This document shows, piece by piece, positions 35,296 through 44,574 of a stretch of 55,237 nt of DNA. The translations under genes and the position numbers were made by a program. Source of the stretch: Patescibacteria group bacterium (GTDB lineage Bacteria > Patescibacteriota > Patescibacteriia > UBA10025 > JAHIVO01); contig JADFTK010000002.1 in NCBI GenBank assembly GCA_022560375.1, forward strand, positions 1 through 55,237, written 5' to 3'. The notes under the pieces are model-generated. The model did no database searches and was not told the origin of the DNA. It saw only the letters and a list, made by a program, of their open reading frames with translations. How positions within the stretch are numbered: the stretch's first letter is position 1; every line of letters begins with the position of its first letter.

Positions 35296-37499
35296 TATTC
35301 TTTATCTAGTTTATGGGGATTATGGTTGGGGCAGGTTTTATCACTGCAGCGTTCGGGTATGGTTTTGGTGCCGGCCATCATCAGAGCACCACACTTGCCG
35401 CTCTCTCTTTGGTAATCACAATTTCGGCCAGTTGGCTTGGCCTTCATGGCATTTTTGCATTTAGGATAGTTGGAGCAACTGTAAAAAATTCCAAAGCGTC
35501 CGCGCCGCTCAACCATCTCACCATTTTTACAGACAGGGCAGGCTACGCCAGACGAATTCTGATTGTTCTCGCTGTTCTTAATAAATTTACATTTTGGGTA
35601 GTTGCTGCAGGATATAAATTTGCCAAAGCGGCCCTCCCTCTCTACTTGTTGCCCGTCCTTGCAATCAGGACATTTTTCCCCAATCTCTTTGGGACCGGCT
35701 AGTTCCTTGCCATCTATGGTTCTGGCGCCGGTACAATCTGGAAATGTTGAGCAACTAAGGAATTTGCCGCTCCGGCCCAGTTTAATAATCATTTTTTTAC
35801 CGCAGACGGGGCACTTTATTTTTTCATCGGCATCACCAAGGTTGGTGATTTTTTTAATTTTTTCTTTGGATTTTATGTCCTTGCTGAACGGTGTGTAAAA
35901 ATCTTCGAGAGTTTTTTTGTATTCCCTTTTGCCGCTGGCAATTTCGTCTAACTGATCTTCTAATTCAGCGGTAAATGAGTCGCTGATATATTTGGCAAAG
36001 TTATCTTCCAGAAATTTACTTACCACCTCACCAGTGTCGGTAGGCCGGAGGGCTCGTCCTTCTTTTTCTACATAACCACGAACCTCAATGGTTTTAATGA
36101 TGGAAGCATAGGTACTGGGTCGGCCGATCCCTCTTTTTTCAAGTTCTTTGACTAGCCCCGCTTCGGTATAGCGTGGGGGTGGTTGAGTCTCTTTTTCCAG
36201 GGAGCTAATTTTTTCTAAATCCAGGGGATCCTGGCTAGTAACTTTTGGCAGATCGACCTCCTCATTCTTGGCGGTAGGATCAGCTAGTAACCATCCCTGA
36301 TCAATTATATGAGAGCCATTCACTGTGAAATTGGGAATAGTACCTTTAGTTATATTGGCAGTAATTTTTGTCCTTAATATTTTAGCATCAGTCATTTGTG
36401 AGGCTAGCGTTCGCTGCCAGATAAGGGTATAAAGTTTTTTTTGATCCTCCGTAGTGCCTGCAGACTTTTTGGAAAAAACAGATGGGCGAATTGCTTCATG
36501 AGCTTCTTGGGCATTTTTGCTTTTAGTTTTATAAAATCTGGCCTGTATTAATTTAGATCCAAATTCTTTTGATATGGTATCTTTAATATGCGCTAGCGCT
36601 TCCTGGCTCAGATTAGTGCTGTCAGTACGCATATACGTAATATGGCCTGCTTCATAGAGCTTTTGGGCGGTGCGCATGGTACGTGAAGGAGTAAACCCAA
36701 ATCTAGAACTGGCAGTTTGCTGTATAGTGGAAGTGGTAAATGGAGCCCGTGGTGCTCTTTTGACCTCGGTAGCTTTCAGGTCTACTATTTTCCATTGGCC
36801 CTTCTTGCCTTGCCCTAATATATCATCTACAGTTTTTTTATCACGAGGTTCTTCGGAGCAGGTTAGAGTAAAGTGATCATTGTTTTTTGTTTTGAGGTCA
36901 GCAGTTATCACCCAAAAAGTTTCAGGATTGAATTTTTGTATTTCTCTCTCTCGTTCCACTATTATTCTCAAAGCTGGGGACTGGACACGTCCGGCTGATA
37001 ATCCATAGCGTACTTTTTTCCAAATTAAACCGCTCAAATCATAACCGACTAATCTGTCCAGAACCCTCCTGGCTTCTTGGGCAATGCGCAGGTTTTGGTC
37101 TATGTCACGGGGATTCTTTATCGCTTCGTCTATTGCTGATTTGGTAATTTCATGAAAAACTATTCTTTTCGGTTTTTTCGATAGTCCATCATGCTGCAGC
37201 AGTTCGGAAATATGCCAGGCAATGGCTTCGCCTTCCCGATCGGGATCAGTGGCCAGTAGCACTTCATCTGATTCTTTGGCCAAAATTTTTAATTCATCTA
37301 CTATTTCTTGTTTATTGGGAGGTATCTCATAATGAGGGACGAAGCCTCCTTCTATATCTATAGCTTTTTTGTTGTTTTTTGGTAGATCACGAATATGCCC
37401 TACGCTAGCTTTCACTATGTAGGATGATTTGTCTCCCAAGAATTTTGCCACCGTCTTTGCTTTGGTAGGAGATTCAACAATGATTAGACTTTTTTTCAT
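35295..37499 (-). CDS. topA: DNA topoisomerase I
   Basis: Toprim LIIVESPTKAKT, DPDREGEAI, ITYMRTDS (catalytic Tyr), and C-terminal zinc fingers. Confidence 0.92.
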   Translation of the reverse strand: MKKSLIIVESPTKAKTVAKFLGDKSSYIVKASVGHIRDLPKNNKKAIDIEGGFVPHYEIPPNKQEIVDELKILAKESDEVLLATDPDREGEAIAWHISELLQHDGLSKKPKRIVFHEITKSAIDEAIKNPRDIDQNLRIAQEARRVLDRLVGYDLSGLIWKKVRYGLSAGRVQSPALRIIVEREREIQKFNPETFWVITADLKTKNNDHFTLTCSEEPRDKKTVDDILGQGKKGQWKIVDLKATEVKRAPRAPFTTSTIQQTASSRFGFTPSRTMRTAQKLYEAGHITYMRTDSTNLSQEALAHIKDTISKEFGSKLIQARFYKTKSKNAQEAHEAIRPSVFSKKSAGTTEDQKKLYTLIWQRTLASQMTDAKILRTKITANITKGTIPNFTVNGSHIIDQGWLLADPTAKNEEVDLPKVTSQDPLDLEKISSLEKETQPPPRYTEAGLVKELEKRGIGRPSTYASIIKTIEVRGYVEKEGRALRPTDTGEVVSKFLEDNFAKYISDSFTAELEDQLDEIASGKREYKKTLEDFYTPFSKDIKSKEKIKKITNLGDADEKIKCPVCGKKMIIKLGRSGKFLSCSTFPDCTGARTIDGKELAGPKEIGEKCPDCKDGQQVEREGRFGKFISCSNYPKCKFIKNSENNQNSSGVACPVCKNGEMVERRGRFGIFYSCSNYPKCKNAMKAKPTGRNCDYQRESGKCGALMMAGTKTIPERCSDKTCPNHNPHKLDKE

Positions 37500-37526
37500 G
37501 ATGTAGGCAACCTTTTTTATTTTATG

Positions 37527-38675
37527 TTAACGGGTGAGAATGTAGTACATACCGCCTAAATTGCGCACTAATCCTCTCATTTCCATCTTAGTTAATGTTG
37601 AATTAATAATACTGATGTTCAGTTTACTCTTTTGAGTTAATTCGTCAATATGGAGGGGATCAGAGGACAAAATTGATAATAATTTTTTTTCTTCCTTTGA
37701 TTGATGAATAATTTTTTTATTCTGGGATATTTTTTTTATTTGGTCAATATTCAGCTCGATCAGCACATCATTAGCGGAAGTTATCAGTTTGGCCCCCAAC
37801 TTTAAAAGCTTATGGGGACCTCGGGAGGTAACACTGGTAATGTTGCCCGGCACCGCAAAAACATCACGATTCTGTTCTAGGGCGCATCTGGCCGTAATGA
37901 GAGACCCTGAGTCCTCATTGCCCTCAATTATAACCACGCCCTGTGACAAACCTGAGATTATACGATTTCTCACGGGAAAGTGCTGTTTGAGAGGTAGAGT
38001 GCCAGGTGGGTATTCAGATATTAGGGAGCCGCCCGTATTTATGATTGATTTACCAATATAGTCATTAGTCACTGGATATATTATATCTAATCCACAAGCT
38101 AAGACGGCAATAGTCTTACCTCCTGATTTAATAGCTGATTGGTGAGCCAATGCGTCAATGCCCAGGGCTAAGCCAGATATGATAGTTAGTCCGGCCTGGC
38201 TAAATTGGCTGACTAGTTCTGGGGTGATTTGCCTGCCATATTGAGTAGTTTTTCTAGTACCCACTACAGCTAATGTCACATCCTCATCCGACGGCACGGA
38301 GCCTTTTATATATAGGAGGGGAGGGGGATCATAAATTTCTTTAAGGAGTGATGGGTATGACTCATCTTTAATAGTTATAGTATTTATATCATGCTGTAAT
38401 GATTTTTCTAGTTCCAGGGCGGGTTTAATGGTTGTCCGACCGGTTATGATTTTTTCAATATCATTTAAGCCCAGCCCAGTTTTTTTTAATTCGTAGCTAT
38501 CGGCTTCCCAGGCGGATTGCATGTCCGAAAAGTAGTTGTAGATATATTTTAATTTTCTAGGACCAATACCTTCTATCCTTGAAAAGGCTATCCAGTATTT
38601 ATTATCTTTATTATCCATATATTTTTCATATAAAAAAAGACCTCTGCTTTTGGGGGGAAAGTCTATAGCTAGCAT
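37527..38675 (-). CDS. dprA: DNA processing protein DprA (Smf)
   Basis: VVGTRKTTQYG...ISGLALGIDALAH...GGSLISEYPPG Rossmann-like DprA core. The true start may be the internal Met at 38618. Confidence 0.85.
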   Translation of the reverse strand: MLAIDFPPKSRGLFLYEKYMDNKDNKYWIAFSRIEGIGPRKLKYIYNYFSDMQSAWEADSYELKKTGLGLNDIEKIITGRTTIKPALELEKSLQHDINTITIKDESYPSLLKEIYDPPPLLYIKGSVPSDEDVTLAVVGTRKTTQYGRQITPELVSQFSQAGLTIISGLALGIDALAHQSAIKSGGKTIAVLACGLDIIYPVTNDYIGKSIINTGGSLISEYPPGTLPLKQHFPVRNRIISGLSQGVVIIEGNEDSGSLITARCALEQNRDVFAVPGNITSVTSRGPHKLLKLGAKLITSANDVLIELNIDQIKKISQNKKIIHQSKEEKKLLSILSSDPLHIDELTQKSKLNISIINSTLTKMEMRGLVRNLGGMYYILTR

Positions 38676-38778
38676 AACACAGACCGCATATTAATCAACT
38701 GTTTCTTGACAGTCGTTAATGAGCTGGTATGATAGAGAACGATTGAACTTTTTTAACTGGGTTAACTAGGAGGTGCCC

Positions 38779-38922
38779 TTGCAATTTTTACTATTTTTAT
38801 TGATAGTAGTTGCTGTTCTGCTGATGTTCGTTTGCCAGTTAGCCATACTGATAGCGTGTTCACCCTGGCTGATAGTATTAGGCTTATTATTTATTTTTGG
38901 CCGTTGGCGAACATCTGTTTGA
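38779..38922 (+). CDS. Candidate small two-TM membrane protein (about 47 aa, not in ORF track)
   Basis: AGGAGG (38768-38773) is followed 5 nt later by TTG at 38779; an in-frame GTG lies at 38773. Hydrophobic product ...QFLLFLLIVVAVLLMFVCQLAILIACSPWLIVLGLLFIFGRWRTSV. Own terminator. Confidence 0.4.
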   Translation: MQFLLFLLIVVAVLLMFVCQLAILIACSPWLIVLGLLFIFGRWRTSV

Positions 38923-38954
38923 AACGCTTCGATATTTAACGAAGCGTTTTTTTT
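38922..38954 (+). terminator. Rho-independent terminator (overlaps mfd stop)
   Basis: AACGCTTCG (38923-38931) pairs with CGAAGCGTT (38940-38948), followed by T8. Confidence 0.6.
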
Positions 38955-41900
38955 AATCCTGGCGTTTGAATAATCTAATTACCTTTTTTATCTCCTCGAG
39001 CCAGTTATCTCCAAGTTTATCCAAGTCAATTTTTATAGAGTCATCAGTGAATGCCCAAGCAGGATTTTTTTGGAGTAAGCGGGCTAATTGGGCTGGCTGG
39101 AGAGGGAATAAAAATTTGATGAGTAGGCGCCGTTTTTTTAATCCTTGATCATCAGTTATCAGGGTGGTGTCTACATGAGAAATATCAGTTTTCTGGGCTA
39201 TAATTCTTATTTCTAAAATGGCAAATAAATTTAATAACTGCCCGGGGAAGTTTTTTTGCTCTTCTCTGGTACGAGAACGTATCATAGTATCTTTTAATTC
39301 AAGCAGCTCGTCTAAGTTCATGATGCCGGCCATTTTTTGGTAAAGTAGTAATCTTTCCTCCTCTGGCAAAAATTCTTTGGGAATATACGACTCGATAGGT
39401 ATATCTATTAAAATATCACGTATTGGTTCTTGAATTTTACCTAATTTCAGCTCTTCGATAGCCTGAGACAGTAGCCTGGTATAGAGAGAGAGGCCAATGG
39501 CTGACACTTGGCCATGCTGCTCTTTACCTAGTATGTTTCCCGCTCCACGGATTTCTAGATCACGTAAAGCTAGTTGAAATCCGCTGCCTAGTTTTTTTGC
39601 CTCTAGCAGGGCATGAAGTCTTTTTTTAGCATTGTCTTTTAATTTTTTACGGTGATAGAAAAAATATGCGTAAGCTTGGCGATTACCACGGCCAATGCGT
39701 CCGCGCAATTGATATAGCTGAGCTAGTCCGAAGTTGGTAGCATTATCCACTATGAGAGTATTGACATTAGGTAAGTCTAAGCCATTTTCTATAATAGTTG
39801 AGCAAACTAGAATATTAGTTTTTTTAGTATCAAAATCACGCATCGCCTTGGCTAAATCTTTTTCTGGCAGGCGGCCATGAGCAATCCCGAATTTGGCCTG
39901 GGGAACTAATTTTTGTAATTCTTTAGCGGCAAAAGCTATGGTTTCTACTTTATTGTGCAAGTAATAAACTTGGCCGTTTCTTTTTAATTCACGTTTAATT
40001 TCTTTTTGTACTGTTTCTTCAGAATAGGGCTCGATGTGCGTTTCGATAGGCAGGCGGCCTTCTGGCGGAGTCTCGATGATACTGACATTTCTCACTCCGG
40101 ACAGAGCAATATTCAAAGTACGTGGGATCGGTGTAGCAGTCAGAGTAAGTACGTGGGATTGCGTACGCAGTGATTTAAGCTTTTCTTTGGCCTTGACGCC
40201 AAATCTTTGTTCCTCATCAATTATGATCAGGCCGAGGCGTTTGAAATTAACGTCAGGTGAAAGCAGGCGGTGAGTGCCAATGACAATATCACATAGTCCA
40301 CTTTTGAGTTTGACTATGGTATCTTTTTGCTCTTTATCTGATTCGAATCTGGAGAGGATGCCCACTTGTACATTAAGATTTTTTAATCTTTCTTGAAATG
40401 TATCAAAGTGCTGCTGAGTCAGGATGGTGGTCGGTGATAGAAGTGCCACCTGAGTCTTGTTCATAACTGCTTTTAGGGCAGCCCGGACTGCTACTTCAGT
40501 TTTACCAAATCCAACATCACCGCATATTAGCCTGTCCATCGGTGTTTCCTGTTCTAGATCTGATTTGACGTCGGCGATAGCTCTAGCCTGGTCAGCTGTT
40601 TCTTGGTACGGGAAAGAATTAGCTAAGGCAATTTCTTCAGCTGTTTCTTTACCAAACGCTTTGATTTTAGTCATTTCTCGTTTGGCATACACTCTCAAAA
40701 GCTCCTGGGCCAGCACTTTTGCCTCTTGCTTTACTTTTCTAGTTAGCTGGTACCATTGGCCTCCAGACAGCCGATGGAGCTTGGGATGGGACAAACCAAT
40801 GTATTTAGATAATTTATCTGCCGTCTCGACTGGCACATAGAGACGATCTTTTTCTGCGTATTCCAGGATGAAATATTCTTTAGTAATAGACTCGACTACA
40901 TTTTTTGCCATGGTGGTAAATTTACCAATGCCATGATCTAAATGAACAACATAGTCTCCCGGCTTCAGCTCCATAATGAAGGCCTGGTCTACTCGTTTGC
41001 GTGGCGATTGCATGTCTTGGTTTTCACCAAATATATCATGGTCTGATAGTATTAAAATTTTTCCTTTTTTATTTTTGAATCCGCTTAATGAATTTTCGTA
41101 CGGCCAATATATAATTGACGTATCCGGTATTTCCTTGGAGGTAATTAAATCTTGGATCTCTTTTTTCTTTTGGGTGACTAATTTTATCTGCCACCCTCGT
41201 TTGGTATAATCTTTCAATTCCCTGGCCAGTTTGTCATAATCTCGATGAAAGAGAGGCGAGGGTTCAAATGAAAGATTGTTTACTGATTGGTCAAAATTTC
41301 TGAATATTATCCTTTGATGCTTAGCAAGTTTTTTGTCAAATTGTGACCAACCCAAAGGAATTGAGGAGGATTCATTGATGTCTTGGTGGATTATGATGGG
41401 GTCATTGACCGCATCAAAATAGCTGCTGAATGGCACTTGGCCATTTCGTGCGTTAAACCGTTTGGCAATAATTGTAATTTGGCCCAAGTCTTCCTGCACC
41501 CGTTTGTTAACCGGATTAAATGTTTGAATTTTGTTGATGGAGTTGTCTTGCCAATCAAGGCGGAGGGGACTATCCACGTTAACAGGAAATATGTCCATCA
41601 CCCCTCCCCGGCGGGCAAAATATCCGGTTTCACTAGCATGAGTAGAGAAATCGTAATCAAAGCTGACAAGTTGTTGTGATAATTTTGCGGGGCTGAGTTG
41701 TTGGCCCACTTGAATGGCTAGTTGGTGCTCCTGACCATTGTTAATAGATGGTAACTTGTCTTTTAAGGTAGAAATATCAGCCAAGATAATTTGTGGGCGG
41801 CTGGAGAGTAGCAGTGATGCTCTAAATGGGTTGATCGTATTTAAAATCCAAACGTCCCTTTTAATTTTGAATATAGTATGCCAATATTTTAGCAGTCGTT

Positions 41901-42099
41901 TGGCGTTGGATATTTCACCAGGCTCTAGCAACCAAAAAATTACACTGTTCCTAGTTGAGGGATTTAGTGTAATGAAATATGATTGGGTAGTTGTATTTGG
42001 AAGACCAGATATAATGAGATCACCCCCCTTTTTTAGTTTTGGGGAGAGATCCATGAATATTTCTGTTTCTATTCCAAGATCAGTGTCTTTTTCCGGCAC
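38953..42099 (-). CDS. mfd: Transcription-repair coupling factor Mfd
   Basis: 1048 aa. GDVGFGKTEVA helicase motif I, IIDEEQRFG motif II, LTLTATPIPRT. CarD-like region GDYVVHLDHGIGKF. Confidence 0.9.
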   Translation of the reverse strand: MPEKDTDLGIETEIFMDLSPKLKKGGDLIISGLPNTTTQSYFITLNPSTRNSVIFWLLEPGEISNAKRLLKYWHTIFKIKRDVWILNTINPFRASLLLSSRPQIILADISTLKDKLPSINNGQEHQLAIQVGQQLSPAKLSQQLVSFDYDFSTHASETGYFARRGGVMDIFPVNVDSPLRLDWQDNSINKIQTFNPVNKRVQEDLGQITIIAKRFNARNGQVPFSSYFDAVNDPIIIHQDINESSSIPLGWSQFDKKLAKHQRIIFRNFDQSVNNLSFEPSPLFHRDYDKLARELKDYTKRGWQIKLVTQKKKEIQDLITSKEIPDTSIIYWPYENSLSGFKNKKGKILILSDHDIFGENQDMQSPRKRVDQAFIMELKPGDYVVHLDHGIGKFTTMAKNVVESITKEYFILEYAEKDRLYVPVETADKLSKYIGLSHPKLHRLSGGQWYQLTRKVKQEAKVLAQELLRVYAKREMTKIKAFGKETAEEIALANSFPYQETADQARAIADVKSDLEQETPMDRLICGDVGFGKTEVAVRAALKAVMNKTQVALLSPTTILTQQHFDTFQERLKNLNVQVGILSRFESDKEQKDTIVKLKSGLCDIVIGTHRLLSPDVNFKRLGLIIIDEEQRFGVKAKEKLKSLRTQSHVLTLTATPIPRTLNIALSGVRNVSIIETPPEGRLPIETHIEPYSEETVQKEIKRELKRNGQVYYLHNKVETIAFAAKELQKLVPQAKFGIAHGRLPEKDLAKAMRDFDTKKTNILVCSTIIENGLDLPNVNTLIVDNATNFGLAQLYQLRGRIGRGNRQAYAYFFYHRKKLKDNAKKRLHALLEAKKLGSGFQLALRDLEIRGAGNILGKEQHGQVSAIGLSLYTRLLSQAIEELKLGKIQEPIRDILIDIPIESYIPKEFLPEEERLLLYQKMAGIMNLDELLELKDTMIRSRTREEQKNFPGQLLNLFAILEIRIIAQKTDISHVDTTLITDDQGLKKRRLLIKFLFPLQPAQLARLLQKNPAWAFTDDSIKIDLDKLGDNWLEEIKKVIRLFKRQD

Positions 42100-42179
42100 A
42101 TGTTTTACTTGTTAAAATACCAAAAAGCCCATAAATAGTCGTATATTTGACCGAAAATCTGCCCCAAGGGTGGTGGGGC

Positions 42180-42208
42180 TTGACAGAACATTTTGGCTCT
42201 GCTAGTAT
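42180..42208 (+). promoter_or_regulatory. Sigma70-like promoter (TTGACA-N17-TAGTAT) with no downstream CDS
   Basis: TTGACA at 42180-42185 and TAGTAT at 42203-42208. Confidence 0.45.
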
Positions 42209-42214
42209 GTATTA

Positions 42215-42439
42215 TTACAGTTGTTTTTTGAGAAATCAAGTGGAAAACTTAAAGAACTGCTAAGTAGTATTTAGCCTACTGCCTACAAGCGGTGAATGTA
42301 AGGCTACCCCTCCTAAGTCTTGCTATTAACCAGAAGTTAAGGTTTTATGGTTTTTTCCGTGAATCCTTACGCTTGGAGGCAGTAGGTTAGATAACGATTT
42401 TTTTTATCACCCTAGGTCCTTATACTCTAGGGTTTTTTT
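42215..42439 (+). ncRNA. Candidate about 220-nt structured small RNA (family unassigned)
   Basis: Bounded by the promoter above and the terminator below. Contains a roughly 17-20 bp helix, 42271-42291 paired with 42370-42390. No plausible ORF. Confidence 0.4.
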
Positions 42440-42445
42440 ATTTTT
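42409..42445 (+). terminator. Rho-independent terminator, plus-strand oriented
   Basis: CCCTAG (42410-42415) pairs with CTAGGG (42427-42432), followed by TTTTTTTATTTTT. On the minus strand the hairpin would be followed by A-rich sequence. Confidence 0.65.
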
Positions 42446-43484
42446 GTTTCAAGGCTAGTCCGATTACTACCGCCATCTCCGATCCAATAGCAGCTAGATC
42501 TGGTTCCAAATCTTGGGCATATTGAATTTTTTGCCAGGGGTTGCCAATGGATACATTTATTTTCAGAATTTTTTCTAGATGTTCGGGCAGGTTTTTGAGG
42601 TGGGCGCAGCCGCCGGTAATAATCACCTGGTCAATATTTTTATGCTCTGTGTTTTTAAAGGTTTGGATGAAGCGTTCCAGCTCTTTAATGATCATACTGT
42701 CAATGACAAACTGGATGGCTCTGGCAGCTGGGTGGGGAGCATCATCTTTAGTTGGAATTCCCAAACTGTTACGAAATTGTTCGGCTCTATCGGTGGTTAC
42801 TTGCATAGCATTTACTATATTCATAGTTATTGTTTCTCCCCCAATCTCTACGTTACGAACCATCATAGGCACCTGGTCAGCGAATATCACTATATTAGTA
42901 TTAGTCGCTCCGAAATCTATCACCAGATAATTACCAGGTTGTTCGCTAATGAGTGAGCGGCGCATAGCATTAATTTCTGTTTCCAGCCCGACTAATTGGA
43001 GGTTGGCTTGTTTAAATATTTCCATGTAGTGATTGATAATTTCTTTGGGGGCGGCCGTGATTATTACCCTCATTGATTTTTTTTCTGTTTGATTATTCGT
43101 GGGAATTATATGCCAATCAATCGACATTTTGTCGACCGGCAAAGGGATTAGGCGCTTGACTTCCCAATGGATGGCTGAATCCATGTCCTTGTCTGGCATC
43201 AAAGGCAGTTCAATAGTGGTGTGAAAGACGTTTATAGCCGGTAGGGCGGCCACTACTTTGTGGGTAGTGACTCGTGCTTCGTTCAAAATACGGCGTAAGG
43301 AATCTATGCGGTGCTGCTTGTTTAGCTGCGCACTACTTTCGATAACTGCTCGATCGTGTTTAGCTATTCCATAAGTAACCAGTTGGAAATGCTGGTTGGT
43401 TTTTTCGAGTTCTACTACTTTTATGGCGGAGGAGCCCAGCTCTATGCCCAAAATACTCGTTTTTTTTCGTTTAAAGATTGGCAT
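42438..43484 (-). CDS. pilM: Type IV pilus assembly protein PilM (actin-like ATPase fold)
   Basis: ILGIELGSSAIKVVEL... and VIDFGATNTNIVIF motifs. 348 aa. Confidence 0.85.
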   Translation of the reverse strand: MPIFKRKKTSILGIELGSSAIKVVELEKTNQHFQLVTYGIAKHDRAVIESSAQLNKQHRIDSLRRILNEARVTTHKVVAALPAINVFHTTIELPLMPDKDMDSAIHWEVKRLIPLPVDKMSIDWHIIPTNNQTEKKSMRVIITAAPKEIINHYMEIFKQANLQLVGLETEINAMRRSLISEQPGNYLVIDFGATNTNIVIFADQVPMMVRNVEIGGETITMNIVNAMQVTTDRAEQFRNSLGIPTKDDAPHPAARAIQFVIDSMIIKELERFIQTFKNTEHKNIDQVIITGGCAHLKNLPEHLEKILKINVSIGNPWQKIQYAQDLEPDLAAIGSEMAVVIGLALKQK

Positions 43485-43496
43485 GATTAAAAAAAA

Positions 43497-44570
43497 TTAC
43501 GCCCGGAGCATATAGCGAAGCTGTTGCTGGTCACTGGCGTTGTCTAAGGCGGATTCTAGATTTATCTCATTGGTTTTTACTAGTTCGGCCAGTGACCAAT
43601 CTAGCGACACCATCCCTTCTTCACGCGACGTTTGGATTACATTACTAATTTGATAAAGAGACCCTTCTTTGATAATGGATTGGATAGGAGGCGTAGCGGT
43701 CATTATTTCAGCTATGGCTACCTGGCCACCTCCGACACGCGGGACTAGCCTTTGGCAAACAATACCTGCCAGATTTGTAGATAGCTGTGCCCGTACGCGT
43801 TGCTGCTCATTACTCGGAAAACTATCGATGATAAATTCAAGCGTCTTGACCGTGGTATCGGCTTCTACGTTAGCTATTACCAAACGTCCGGAAGTAGCTA
43901 TATTTATAACTGAATTAATAATTTTTTTTGATGAAAGTTCCGAGATATACAGTATGTCTACGTCTTCTTGCGTTATCGAGCTGAGTGCTTGCTCAAATGA
44001 TATGGCGTCTCGTCCCACTTCACGCTGTTCGATGATACTTTTATGATTGCTAAATATGTACTCAATCGGTTTTTCTATAGTCAGAATATATGATGATCTC
44101 GTGTGATTAATATGATCAATGATAGAAGCGGAGGTGGTGGTCTTGCCGGAGCCAAAAGAACCACTAATAATTATTAGGCCTTTATTTTTTTCCGCGATTT
44201 GTTCTAAGCTAATCGGTAAGCCAAGTTTGGGCAAGGGGATGATGGCGCTGCCGATCAATCGGAGATAAGCGGCCAAGACACCTTTTTGGAAAAAAATATT
44301 AATCCGAAAACGGATTTGTCGATTTAGCTGATAGGCAATCACCAGCTCTTTTTTTTCAGTTAGTATTTTTTTTTGATCAGAATCTAGTATTGTTTCGACA
44401 AACGAGTCCATGAATTCTTTTGTTACTGACTCCTCTTGCTCCAATGGTAGAAGTTGATTATGAATACGTAGAGTCGGAACACTGCCCACGGATAAGTGAA
44501 GATCGGAGGCCTGTTTTTCAGCCACCATGTTTAGGATGCGGTCAATCTGTAGTTTTGCCTTGGTATCCAT
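43497..44570 (-). CDS. pilT: PilT-like type IV pilus retraction ATPase with divergent Asp/His boxes
   Basis: ASDLHLSVG, Walker A GSFGSGKTT, and overall PilT length. However, the canonical GEMRD region reads ISELSS and the TGHLV..TLHT region reads TSGRLVIANVEA. Confidence 0.8.
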   Translation of the reverse strand: MDTKAKLQIDRILNMVAEKQASDLHLSVGSVPTLRIHNQLLPLEQEESVTKEFMDSFVETILDSDQKKILTEKKELVIAYQLNRQIRFRINIFFQKGVLAAYLRLIGSAIIPLPKLGLPISLEQIAEKNKGLIIISGSFGSGKTTTSASIIDHINHTRSSYILTIEKPIEYIFSNHKSIIEQREVGRDAISFEQALSSITQEDVDILYISELSSKKIINSVINIATSGRLVIANVEADTTVKTLEFIIDSFPSNEQQRVRAQLSTNLAGIVCQRLVPRVGGGQVAIAEIMTATPPIQSIIKEGSLYQISNVIQTSREEGMVSLDWSLAELVKTNEINLESALDNASDQQQLRYMLRA

Positions 44571-44574
44571 GGGG

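Noticed and set aside
34813-35898. Plus-strand track ORFs 34813-35415, 35210-35464, 35313-35702 and 35602-35898
   Set aside because: They are antisense to the zinc-finger ORF and the topA 3' end, whose products have unmistakable conserved motifs. These are shadow frames of Cys/Gly-rich repeats.
42215-42439. tmRNA, 6S RNA or RNase P identity for the orphan RNA; also the 12-codon ORF MVFSVNPYAWRQ
   Set aside because: There is no tRNA-like acceptor/T-arm, no resume-codon/tag ORF, and no RNase P core motifs. The 5' and 3' ends do not form the long closing helix expected of 6S. The mini-ORF has no SD and lies inside the main helix.
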